Positions 1 through 11,535 of a stretch of 64,000 nt of DNA are shown one piece after another. The DNA is taken from contig NC_042997.1 of the NCBI RefSeq assembly GCF_006345805.1, forward strand, positions 178,560,001 to 178,624,000, written 5' to 3'. This DNA comes from Octopus sinensis (taxonomy: Eukaryota). Position numbers and translations under genes: made by a program. The notes under the pieces are model-generated. The model saw only the letters and a program-made list of their open reading frames with translations. It made no database searches and was not told the origin of the DNA. Every line of letters begins with the position of its first letter. Positions within the stretch are counted from its first letter, which is position 1.

Positions 1-199
1 TTATTTACTAATTAATAGCGACTACGAATATTCACAAAACAAACCGATAATTTTAAAGATTATACTGTCATCTGTTGCTTCAAAAGTGTGTTTGAGAGAG
101 TGAGATAGAGAAAGAGAGGGAGAGGGAGATTTAAGATTTTTCTTCATCCATCTTCCTTATATTCTAAGATGTCGTTTATAATTTTCCTCTGCAGTTTTC

Positions 200-597
200 T
201 CTTTATTAACATTTTATATATATATATATATATATATTTCTTTGTTGTTATTGTTTTATGTGATTTATCTATTTATCATACTGATTTGTCAAATAATTGA
301 ATATTTCTATTAGTTCCAAAACATCGCAACCAATAAACACATCTTCAGAAACAGATTTCGTTAAGTGATTTACAAATAGGGCATATGACACACCCCACGT
401 GCGCACAACCGGGACCAGGTACACGCAGAAGAAATACACGCCCTCACACACACACACACAAAACACACACAGACCCAGAGGTATATATGCATATATATGT
501 GCATATACGCATATATATGTATACATATATATAAATATAATTATATATGTATGAACGTGTATACACATATAACATCCTGTGTATATGCGCATATATA

Positions 598-639
<42 letters not shown>

Positions 640-842
640 TTGCTTATACATATATATTAATATGTATGTTTATATATATGTATATATATATTTGAAAACA
701 GCTATTTGAAGTTCGAAATTCATATCAGACTAACTTACTGTAAACATTGTTAAGATTGAAATATAAATTAGCACCCACTCTCAAAAGCCATCACTACGCA
801 TGTTTTCAAATATATATATGTTTGTATATATATGTATATATA

Positions 843-884
<42 letters not shown>

Positions 885-951
885 GTATATATATGTATAT
901 ATATGTATATATATATATATATAATATATATATATTATGTATATATATGTA

Positions 952-1000
<49 letters not shown>

Positions 1001-1012
1001 GTATATATATAT

Positions 1013-1043
<31 letters not shown>

Positions 1044-1131
1044 CTATATATATATATATATATTATATATATATATACATATACATACATATATATATAT
1101 GTATATATATTTATATATGTATGTATATGAA

Positions 1132-1160
<29 letters not shown>
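200..1160. repeat. (TA)n/(TATG)n/(CA)n microsatellite cluster
   Basis: Directly visible dinucleotide runs; the overlapping YI-rich ORFs are artefacts. Confidence 0.95.
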
Positions 1161-1162
<2 letters not shown>

Positions 1163-1249
1163 ATTTAAATAATCAGTAAATGGAGAGAATTATTGATCAA
1201 CAAAAAAGAAACAAAAACAAATTGGATCACATCTCTTGATTATTTTTTA

Positions 1250-2970
1250 GTACAAAACATGACGGTCCATAAGTCCATTGTCGAATTTGATAATAAACTG
1301 TAGGCTAGGAAGGACACCCCTGATTTCTTTGAAATAACCATGGGATCCCCCGACTCAGCAGAGGTGACCGACGTTGTGGGAATATAACTTTTAGACAACA
1401 TCAACAAGGAATTCCCTGAAATTGGGGGAGGCCTCTACAGAGATGACGCACTTATTCTGATTAGATACATTACTATAGAAAATGAAAACTACTCTATCAA
1501 CTACCGAGACGTTAATTGTAATTTAAATACGGGTTTACACCAACCTTACATGAAACCTAACTCTAACTTAAAGTAAATATACTATCATAATAACCATCCG
1601 CAATCTGTAAAAAGAGCTCTAAGAAGAAGCATTAGCAAAGAAATTTCCTACCTCTCTTCTAATGAGAGCCTATTTAATAGTCATAAGGATAAGTACGATA
1701 AGGCAGTTAAAGATGCAGGCTATAGAGGTAGAATCAAATATATCCCACACGAGCATGCAATAAATAGATGTAGTAATGACTATGTTAACCGCAACAATAC
1801 AGTATATGGCCATTCACCTAAGCGATGTAATAAAGCACAGAAAACTATAGCTCACGACATTAATAAGATAGGATTTAGCAACAATATGCGTAAATATAAG
1901 AATAACAGAAACATTACAGGTGGAATAACGAGGGGAACTGGACGAAGGATGAATGATGCTAATAAAACCACTAACGATGAAGACAACAGTAATAAAAACA
2001 GTAGTGGAAACTCAGAATACTACCGGCGTAAACCTAGTCATGACACCACTAATGGCGGTACAAATGCGCAGAGCCTTGATAATAGAACTAATGATAATAT
2101 ATACATTTACCATATGCAATACCCTAACAATTGTAAACATGTGTCGTTCACTGAGACTACCGTTAAATCGGGAGACATGATCTGGATCATACTCCCATTT
2201 GCGATGCAAATAAAGAGCGATTTAGCTAAGCAAATATTTAACATTATAATTAAGCACTTTGATAAGAATAATAGGTATTCGAAACTTGTAAATAGCAGAA
2301 TACGAAGGATAGGTTATAGCCTTACGCATGACTTACCAAGCATATTCTGCTCCCTGAATGATAAAAACTAAACATTTATTTAAATAGAAGCAACAATAAC
2401 AACGACGGCAGTAATAGTTAGAATAAAATCAATAAATCCTATCCCAATCTTAGTAAAGTGAACACTCAGAACCATAATAACCCTATCAATCTCAATGACA
2501 CCAGCTCTACCCCACTAGAAAGCAACCCCCTTCAGTACAAGCTATGTGACTGTAGGAATAGGGAGAATTGTACCATCAGAAATACCTGTAGAATTAAGGA
2601 CCTAATTTACCAATGTACAGTCACAACTTAGTTTAGAAAAAGAAGTTACATAGGAACTACCCAAAATGAAATGAAACGTAGACTAGCTGCACATCAACAC
2701 TTTTCAGAAATAGAAGCAGAATTAACTCAGCTGGATTAAGTAAGTATATTTGGGAACTCAAAGATAGTGATATTAGCTCCACGTTAGAACGGGAAATCCT
2801 CGTCTCTGCATCTGCGTACAATGTAAAAAATAGGAAATGTTATCTTTGCATTAACGAAATTCTTTTCATTCTAATAGCATGACACCCACTGTTGAACCTA
2901 AGAGAGGGGAGAAGCCGAGTTTGTCTGCACAAAGGGAAGTTTAACTTCGCTAAATATAAATAACATTAGA
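1250..2970 (+). mobile_element. Decayed Penelope-like retroelement (RT + CxC linker + C-terminal GIY-YIG endonuclease), Hydra-clade-like
   Basis: From 1322: FEITMGSPDSAEVTDVVGI*LL...GGGLYRDDAL (RT core), then QPYMKPNSNLK*IYYHNNHP and SKEISYLSSNESLF; ORF 1886..2371 ends IWIILPFAMQIKSDLAKQIFNIIIKHF; CDCRNRENC at 2545, LIYQCTV and SYIGTTQNEMKRRLAAH near 2650, KCYLCINE near 2835. Contains stops, frameshifts and an internal deletion after YRDD. Confidence 0.85.
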
Positions 2971-4029
2971 AACACTTATGCTACCCCAAAATAGCACCAA
3001 GAACTCCACACCATAGAAATAGTAGCCCTTGATAGTAATTTGAAGGCTATGTGTATATACTCCTTAATTAAAGCTAGTTTGCTAGTAGTAATACCGGGGC
3101 CTTGCAGGTATTTATAAAAATACTCCTATCCTTTTACCCAAAATTCGAGTTTAGGTCAAACCCATAACAATTACCTACAGCTTATAGTTATCAAGCAATT
3201 CCTCCTTAAAATAACTAACTAACCTCTTTTACAAATTCCAGATATTTCAATCACGAACTTAATTGAGAATACAGAATACATAGTTATTCAATCACAATGC
3301 TATGACCCCCAATCACTAATTCTAATTTTGAATTTTAAATTTTAACTTTATTTTGTTTTAATATTATTTTATTTTCCTGTACCTTTTATATACATGGATG
3401 TGCTTTTCGGCACTTGTAATCTGGACTTAATTTCCTACCAGCATACTGGTCTACCTCCACTTAAAATAGACCCTAATAGTCTTGCCCACTTAGGAAAACA
3501 TTACCCTCCTGTAGAATTTGTTTTATTTTATTGAACTTAATGTTATCTTTCCCAACTATAGATTGTACTTGGACACTACAGTAGCTGAGTTCCCAGGAGA
3601 TATTAGTAAACATGGGTTTATTATGCAGGATAAAAAGTGTAATTTGGCGGTGGACTTAGTGTGGCTGCATCCACCTAAGGTTTAATATAATTATTAAATT
3701 TATTGATATGAATAATCTAACTTTTAGGATAATGTAATACATATTTAGTAATATTTAGTAAACTGTGTTGGAACATGGAAATTATAACCATGGTATTAGT
3801 TGACATGTGATTTGGTTTTAAATTTTAATCGCTTAAATGTTTGTGGGTTTGTGCTTTTGCCCTTTCGTGTACCTATAGGGTGGAATTCTCTTAGGTACAT
3901 GTGTACATTTACTTATTTGTCCATTATTACCACCACTTGGAATTTTATTTGCTATCTAAGATGTAAAATCTAGCATTATTTTAGTAGCTTATTATAGTTA
4001 TATGCACCTCCAGTACTAGTTGTACTATT

Positions 4030-4030
4030 A

Positions 4031-4108
<78 letters not shown>

Positions 4109-4129
4109 ATACATATATATATAAATAAA

Positions 4130-4161
<32 letters not shown>

Positions 4162-4368
4162 TATATATAAATATATATATATATACATATATACGACGAA
4201 CTCCTTTCAGTTCTTTCTACCAAATCCACTCACAAGACTTTGGTCGGCCCGAGGCTATAGTAGAAGACACTTGCCCAGGTGCAATGCAGGGGGACTGTAC
4301 CCGAAATTATGCGGTTGGTAAGAAGCTACTTATATATTTATATATATTTGTATAAATATATAAATATA

Positions 4369-4458
<90 letters not shown>

Positions 4459-4600
4459 TTATACATACATACACAGATACACACATATATTTATACATAC
4501 ATACACAGATATACACACACATATTTATACATACATACGTGCATACATAGATACACGCGCACACACATTTACACACACTTATTCAATGTAACTATTCAGT
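4030..4600. repeat. (TATC)n, (TA)n and (CA/TA)n microsatellites
   Basis: Directly visible. Confidence 0.9.
4192..4333 (-). mobile_element. tRNA-derived SINE family A, 5' part
   Basis: Matches the family A head (GGTTC-like B box, CCTTGGGCAAGTGTCTT core-like block) seen in full copies at 31392, 42358, 43211 and 53051. Confidence 0.85.
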
Positions 4601-5376
4601 GAATAGTATTGATGTTTATTTTTTGTTTTTTTCCGAATCCGTATTTGTTAGTTAGCCATCCTCTCGATCTGTTAACAATAAACGCTATTACAATTGAAGC
4701 TATTTTCCTTAACTTACATTACTAACGACTTCAAGAAAATACTAAGCGTAAAGAAGCGTTTTTCCGTTTTTCTTTTCCATTAAATCTAGGTATTGTGTCT
4801 GAATGATGATGATGATGATGATGATATATATATATATATCCAATGAAAAGACGAAGAAAAAATTCATTAACACATTTTTAATTGTAATTTACAAATATTA
4901 CCGTACCATCTCCACCAGCAACTTCAGTTTACGCGAGAATTCTAAATAGAAAAATACGTAATATTTGCGGTTTTAGACATTGGAGAATCATGTATGTATG
5001 TATGTGTACGCATGTTGGTGATGTTATGCAGTAGAGATTTTAGCTAATACTTCCTTTAACTTCTTTTATGCTATGAAAAATTATAAGGAGCAGAACATAT
5101 CCATCCTTCAATTACGTGATAGAAAGTCAACACAATGGTAACTGAAGAGATTTTACCTATATCTACATGATTGATGGTAGCTGGAAAATTGTTTACAATG
5201 CATGAGTTGAATAATTTTCATAAGAAACAACCGCATAGATCTCGAAAGAAAGAGCTGTGAGCTGAATTGAATATATATTTTATAGTAGCTTTAAACTTAT
5301 TTAATTGTGTAGATTTTAACATAAAATAAATATTAGAAAATCATCACATTGTTTAGAAACTTTTCTTCGAAAAATA

Positions 5377-5690
5377 GCTGGCACAGCTGTGAGATTACGA
5401 AATTCGTTTCACAACAGCGTGTTATGGGGTTTAATCCCACCGCACTGCACCTTGGGTAAATAACTTTTGTTATAGCTCTCCGAACCGATTAATACCATGC
5501 GAATGAATTTGGTTTACGGAAGCCCGGTATATGTATGTGTTTACATACCCATAGACATACACATACAAACACACGTATATATGTATCTCTTTCTTTCTTT
5601 CTTGCTCGGGGTAATTTACACCCGTAGTAATAGCGGATATTCTTATCCCTTAGACGGTTATTCCAACCGCTGACTCTACTTACCTATATA
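5377..5690 (+). mobile_element. Old, diverged SINE family A copy
   Basis: Degenerate head TGGCACAGCTGTG...GGTTTAATCCCAC...CACCTTGGGTAAATAAC. Confidence 0.55.
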
Positions 5691-5725
5691 TATAAGCATA
5701 TGCATACAAGCACACACACATACCC

Positions 5726-5790
<65 letters not shown>

Positions 5791-5800
5791 GTATATGTAT

Positions 5801-5833
<33 letters not shown>

Positions 5834-5857
5834 CATTCATACATACATATATATAAT

Positions 5858-6363
5858 ATTAACCCCAATTATTCAAATAGCTCTGTATCTTCTACCAACG
5901 ATTCCAATACCCACACAAACTCTATCTCTAACAGTACATACACACATTACAATAGTACGTCTAATATTAGTAAGAATTGTAACTGTAGAAACCCTAACAC
6001 CTGTGAGCATAAAGGTAATTGTAAGATGAAAAATGTTGCATATAAAACTACTATTACAAGACATGATCTCTAGGTTTCATTATATAGGTTGCACGTAGAC
6101 CTCTTTTAAATTACGTTTGGATAATCATGAATCATCTTTTAATGATCGGTGTAGAAACTTAAAAGCGATAACATAAATTTCTCAATTTCTTGGAATATTG
6201 TTTCTTCTATCCCTTCTTATAGGATTCGAAATAGAACTTGACATTTATGCCTAGAAGAGTCTTATATAATTTTGAAAATGAATGGTTCTATCTTAAATTC
6301 GAGAGATGAAAGAGTTTTTTCTTGTAAACAGATGTCCAAATTTCTCTTCATTAACCTTAAATA
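5858..6363 (+). mobile_element. 3' fragment of a second PLE family (CxC linker + GIY-YIG)
   Basis: Translates as [26 protein letters not shown]...HYIGCT*TSFKLRLDNHESSF...SWNIV...RT*HLCLEESYII...LNSRDERVFSCKQMSKF. Confidence 0.85.
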
Positions 6364-7027
6364 GTTTTATTGATTACTTTATTTTCATTTTTTATTAGTT
6401 CTTATTATACTCTTAGGTATATGTGTATGTATGTCTTCTCTGTGTGTGCATGTATGTATGTGTGCCTGTGTGGGTATGTTTATGCATTTGTGTCCATGTT
6501 TATATGTGTGTGTGTATATGTGTGTATGCGTTTATGTGTATGTATGTGTATGCATACCTATATATATTTGCATGTAGGTATGTATGTACGTGTATACTTG
6601 TGTTTGCACATGAATGTGTTTTATGTTTATGCCTATATGTGTATATGCTTGTATATGTATGTATACTTGTATGTCTGTGTGTGCATATTTTTGTGTATGG
6701 ATACATTAACACGCACGCATATATATATGTACATCTGTGTATATATATGTGTATATTTTTGTTTTTTCTACCTCTCCCTCTTCTCTCCCCACGTGACAGG
6801 TGTTCGGCCAGGCCTGACCTTTCATTCTTGGTTGGACTACTGTCCGTGCAATATCTATATTCTTTCTTGTGCTTGTTAAATCATATGTCCCTCCCGTAAG
6901 GTTTTACTTCCACACTCGCCAGCTTAATTTAATTCGTTCTTAGTCGAAAGACACCTGTTATTTGTATTTGTATAACATTTCTGTTTTTATCCTTCCTTGT
7001 TTTCGTATACATTCACTTCTTTCTTAG

Positions 7028-7410
7028 TCAGGCGAAATACTTAGCGGTATTTCGTCTGCCGTTACGTTCTGAGTTCAAATTCCGCCGAGGTCGACTTTGC
7101 CTTTCATCCTTTCGGGGTCGATAAATTAAGTACCAGTTACGCACTGAGGTCGATGTAATCGACCTAATCCGTTTGTCTATCCTTATTTGTCCTCTCTGTG
7201 TGTAGCCCTTTGTGGGTAGTGAAGAAATAGGCATTTCATCTGTCTTATGTTCTGAGTTCAAATTCCTACGAGGTCGACTTTACCTTTCAAATTAAGTACC
7301 AGTTGTGTAGTACACAACTGGTACTTAATTTGATCTAATCGACTGGCCATCTCCCCCCAATTTTCGGAGCTTGTGCCTAGAGTAGAAAAGAATATCATTT
7401 CAGGAAGTTC
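7028..7410 (+). mobile_element. SINE family B, tandem long form (young copy plus older partial copy)
   Basis: GTTCTGAGTTCAAATTCC B-box region and GCCTTTCATCCTTTCGGGGTCGATAAATTAAGTACCAG conserved central block (Meta-domain-like, from recall); a second copy starts after AAGAAATA near 7230. Confidence 0.9.
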
Positions 7411-8190
7411 TCATACAGATCACTACGTGTTAATATTCATTTCCTTCTGGTTTTAACAAGTTTGTAGAGACGGCCGGTTAATAAAAGCGGTTGGTGGTAG
7501 GTCCGTTAGTAGTGAGAGGAAGGACAGTAGTATTAGCCTCAACAGCTAGGGTTCTCAACAGCTTAGGGAGGCCTTTCGTGTACGTAGTAGTAGTGGTGTT
7601 GACTTTTGGAACCTGTTGATCTATAACTTATCGGTAGTTGTAGTGGTGGCCACAATAAGGGTTATAGTACTGTCGGTGGTGGCTTTCCCCGCCAGAGAAA
7701 TTTAAACATGATTGATATTTTGTAATGAATGGCATTTATTTTTTAAGGCGTTGGCGTTGAGTTGTACTATCACCAAATTTATAGGGAGGAAAAATCCTAA
7801 AGTTTGGTTTTTTCTTTTCTGCGCATGTAGCTTTTTGCTATGTTCACCGAGTCATATTTGACTGCTTTCCCGTATTTTAATTTACAATATATTCAACATT
7901 ACTGACACCTTTACTGTGACCACCACCACGACTACTGTTAGATTATAGATGAACGATTCTTGTAAAGCCAACACCACGACTATTAGCTTGATGCAATACG
8001 CCACTGGGAACCTTAGCTGTTGCAGCTACGACTATTGTTCCTCCTCACACAACTAACAGATCTACCTCCCGCTAACTTTATTAACTGGCCATTGCGGCAA
8101 ACTAGCAACAATCAGAAGGAAACGACTATGCAGTACCATGTGATCTCTATGGGAAAACGTATGAACTTTCAGAACTGATGTTATGAGTTT
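7390..8190. repeat. Diverged inverted repeat pair (arms ~7390-7680 and ~7895-8190)
   Basis: The reverse complement of the left arm aligns by eye to the right arm, e.g. GAACCCTAGCTGTTG vs GAACCTTAGCTGTTG, TTTATTAACCGGCC vs TTTATTAACTGGCC, and CAGAAGGAAA. Confidence 0.8.
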
Positions 8191-8220
8191 AATTGAATTT
8201 AATTTATTTTTTCCATTTTA

Positions 8221-8265
8221 TACCAAGATGAAGAGACTGTCTTAAAATGACCGAAACCGGTAGCT
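8221..8265 (+). ncRNA. Degenerate minimal hammerhead-ribozyme-like motif (PLE pseudo-LTR type)
   Basis: aTGAAGA - stem GTC/GAC - GAAAC CG GTA; the conserved core C is replaced by A and stem I is weak. Confidence 0.35.
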
Positions 8266-8769
8266 GCTTAGTTAAAAATGTACATATTGTCTTTCTGTTT
8301 TCTATGAGAAAGTTCTCTAAGCATTTGCTTTTTCTCATTCTTTTTCGTTATTATATATGGTATATGTGTATTGTGTGTGTATATGTGTGTGTGTGTATTC
8401 ATACACACAGAGATATATTTTTTATTAATTAAATTGGTCAATAAAATAAATTTCAATTTTTTTCATCGGTATGTGTTTTGGATACTAATTCTAAATTTAT
8501 CTTCAGATTTTTCTTTAGCACACCTACTTTGTGAAAGAAATTTTTGAAATAAGTTTTTGTTTTTCTTAATTTTGTCAATGCACAAAAATATTAAACTCTG
8601 TATAATACTTTATGCAAAGCATGGACTCGATTAATGCATACAATATTTTAACCCCATTTTTATATTAAATATTCAGTTAGAAACACATGTAACTGAAAAG
8701 TATGTTTTATATAATTTTAAATATATCGTGAATATGATTTTTCCTTATATAAATGACCTAGTTTGCAGC

Positions 8770-9960
8770 GATGTATAGACAAAAAAAAAAAAAAAAAACA
8801 GTCATGATACCTTCATTCCAAAATCCCTGATCTTATATGTATGAATATCTTTTCTTTCCAGATTCAACTTTTGCTTTCCTCAGATGAGAATGTAGGAAGC
8901 GTATATTTAATTACTTCTAAACAACCCAGTTCCTTACAGATATCAGTTAACTCCACCAGGAGTCTTTTTATTTCCTTGTAAGTTTTCCTATAAGCATTTC
9001 AAAACTTGGCAAGCTTTTAATCTCAGTGTATCAAACTCAGTATATCAAACAGTTTTAATACATTTTATCATTTGCACTCCCATAAAAGTTCTCTCTTCTA
9101 ATTTTGTCGTCCTGACATTTGGGAACATACTTTTAGAAATGTGTGCTAAAATTTCCTTAAATTGATTTTATCGGTTTTACAATTGCTTCAACAAAAAATT
9201 TCATTAAACAAAGTTTAATAAGGTGTGGTAGAAATATCTTCGTGGGACTAAACTAAAGGACAGAGTAGACATTGCAGAGTAAGCATATGTTGAGCGTAAT
9301 AGTCAGCCACATTGAATATGGCGATTCTTAGTAGCGCAAATGTTTCAGAAGTATAATCATGAACAGCATTTTGTGCCTCATTGTATGCAAATGATTTTGA
9401 GATCTTCACAAACTTTTCATTGGAGAATGCGGTACTGAATGACATTTAGCAGTATGCCCATATTATCATATATTATCATATAAACAGAGTCAGCTATAAG
9501 GATGCATGTCGTTACATTATGAGAAGGACTTTCATTCAAGCTTCTTTGTAATGAACCAAAGATGTGACAGTCAGATACTACATAAGTCTGAGACAAGGCT
9601 TTGAAAAGTCTTCTGGCATTGTTACAATAGCAAAATAGACCACCTACTGAAAAGCATGTTACAAAATTAAAATTTTGCTGTCAATAGTATTTTAGTCAAG
9701 TAAAGTTTCTTTTGTTAGTATCAAAGTTAGGAAATCTATCTTCTCCTAAAACAACAAAGCATATCTACCAAGACCATTCAAACACTCTGTAGTTCTGCAT
9801 TTTCTTCGGGGAATTATTCATGATATGTAGACAGTCTAAAATTTCCACCAATTGTACTTTTGTCACTGTTATGGAGGCTAGGCCTTCATTTGCAGGAAAA
9901 TGGATAGGTAGTGCTTCATCGTGTTGGGTTGGTCTTTGTGTTAAATATAGGTATGGCTAG
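8770..9960 (-). pseudogene. Decayed Chapaev3-like (CMC superfamily) DNA transposase
   Basis: Minus-strand frames give QRPTQHDEALP, FCYCNNARRLFKAL...SDCHIFGSLQRSL, YDNMGILLNVIQY...*KVCEDLK, KIFLPHLIKLCLMKFFVEA, MFPNVRTTKLEERTFMG, ICKELGC and DQGFWNEGIM, in the order of the family motifs RPVPHD, DSSKRSLK, CGDLK, LPPLHIKLGLMK, LGC and YQG-W. Many stops and frameshifts. Confidence 0.8.
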
Positions 9961-10909
9961 AAAACCTTGCGTTTAATCTTCGCAGTAAACTAAACTCAAT
10001 TATATTATCTCCCAGCTGATTAGTTATATGCCTATATGACAAGGGAGAGAATCACCGTGCCAAAATCTAAATGATTTATTTTTTATAACTGAAAAAAAAA
10101 AATAGAATCTTTAATCTCATATAACTGCTATTTCAATCTCATTGAACTTCTTCCGTACGATCTAGTTAGGAATCTAAAGTCTATTAAGCATTGCATGAAA
10201 TTAACTTATTTATTTTAAAGAAGAATAAGAAAGTATAGAGTGGTATAAATGAGACTCACTAGCATTCGGTTAGAATTTTTGCATTAAAGATTGGAATTTT
10301 TGCATCAATCTCAATTGACTGGTTATTCACCTCTATGGCAAGGGAGAATTTCGTCTCGTCAAAATCCAATCTATATTACTAATATACATTTTGATAGTTT
10401 CTTAGAGAAAAGAATAAATAAAATATGCTTATGCATTTATTTGATTAAATTTTCTGTGATTTAATTTTCTATTTACATAATGTCCTTAACATTCATATTT
10501 AAATCTCGTTGGATTTGTTTTAGCACGAAGGAGTCAAGAATACAGGACCTATCAAACATCAAATAATTAGTTTTATCAGGTGGCTTGTGAGCATTACTAG
10601 TAACATGTTATCTAGTGCAACCTGTTGCATGGTCGGGTCATCGACGACAAAACTGACTACTCCACCAAGCTCACTTGGTGAAGAGGGTAACTTTGGATAT
10701 CCTGCAGGGTTAAGTATAAGACTTGTGAAAGAGAGGATGGATTCAGGATAATCGACAGCCTTACGATACAATGAAACACCTTGATCCATTATGTAAATGC
10801 TCAACCTCACAAAGTTAATGAATTTATTATTTGCAATAACTTTATGCACACACACGCACACATGCATAAATATTTTTACGATGGGTTTGCACACAGTTTC
10901 TACCTACCA

Positions 10910-11060
10910 AATTCACTACGCACAAATTCACTTTGTCCTGGTTGGCTAGATTGGCCCGGGAGTGTAGCAGATGAAACTTACCCACAGTGTCACACAGTGG
11001 GACTGAACTTGAAACCACATACGTATGCCACGAACTTTTTAACTCCACAGCTACGCCTGC
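10910..11060 (-). mobile_element. Diverged SINE family A head
   Basis: GTGGGACTGAAC...CCACAGCTACGCC matches the family A head in reverse. Confidence 0.6.
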
Positions 11061-11084
11061 TCATTAACGGCGAAGAGTTACTAA

Positions 11085-11535
11085 CACTACAATTTAAAAT
11101 TGGTTTCAAATTTTGGCACAAGCCAACAATTTCGGAGGAGGGAGTAAGTCGATTACAACGACTCCAGTGCTTAATTGGTACTTATTTTATCAACCCGGAA
11201 ATAATGGAAGGTAAAGTCAACCTCGGCAGAGTTTGAACTCAGAACGTAAAGACGGACGAACTTCCTGCTAAGTATTTTGTTCAGCGTGCTAACGATTCTT
11301 ATTTCTTTATTACCCACAAGGGCCTAAACACAGAGAGGACAAACAAGGACAGACAAAGGGATTAAGTCGATTATATTGACCCTAGTGCGTAACTAGTACT
11401 TATTTCATCGACCCCGAAAGGATGAATGGCAAAGTCGAGCTCGGCGGAATTTGAACTCAGAACGTAACGGCAGACGAAATACCGCTAAGCATTTCGCCCG
11501 GTGTGCTAACGTTTCTGCCAGCTCATTGCCTTACA
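11085..11535 (-). mobile_element. SINE family B, tandem long form
   Basis: Full head AGGCAATGAGCTGGCAGAAACGTTAGC, central block, tail CCCTTGTGGGTAATAAAGAAATA, then an older copy starting AGAATCGTTAGC. Confidence 0.9.
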
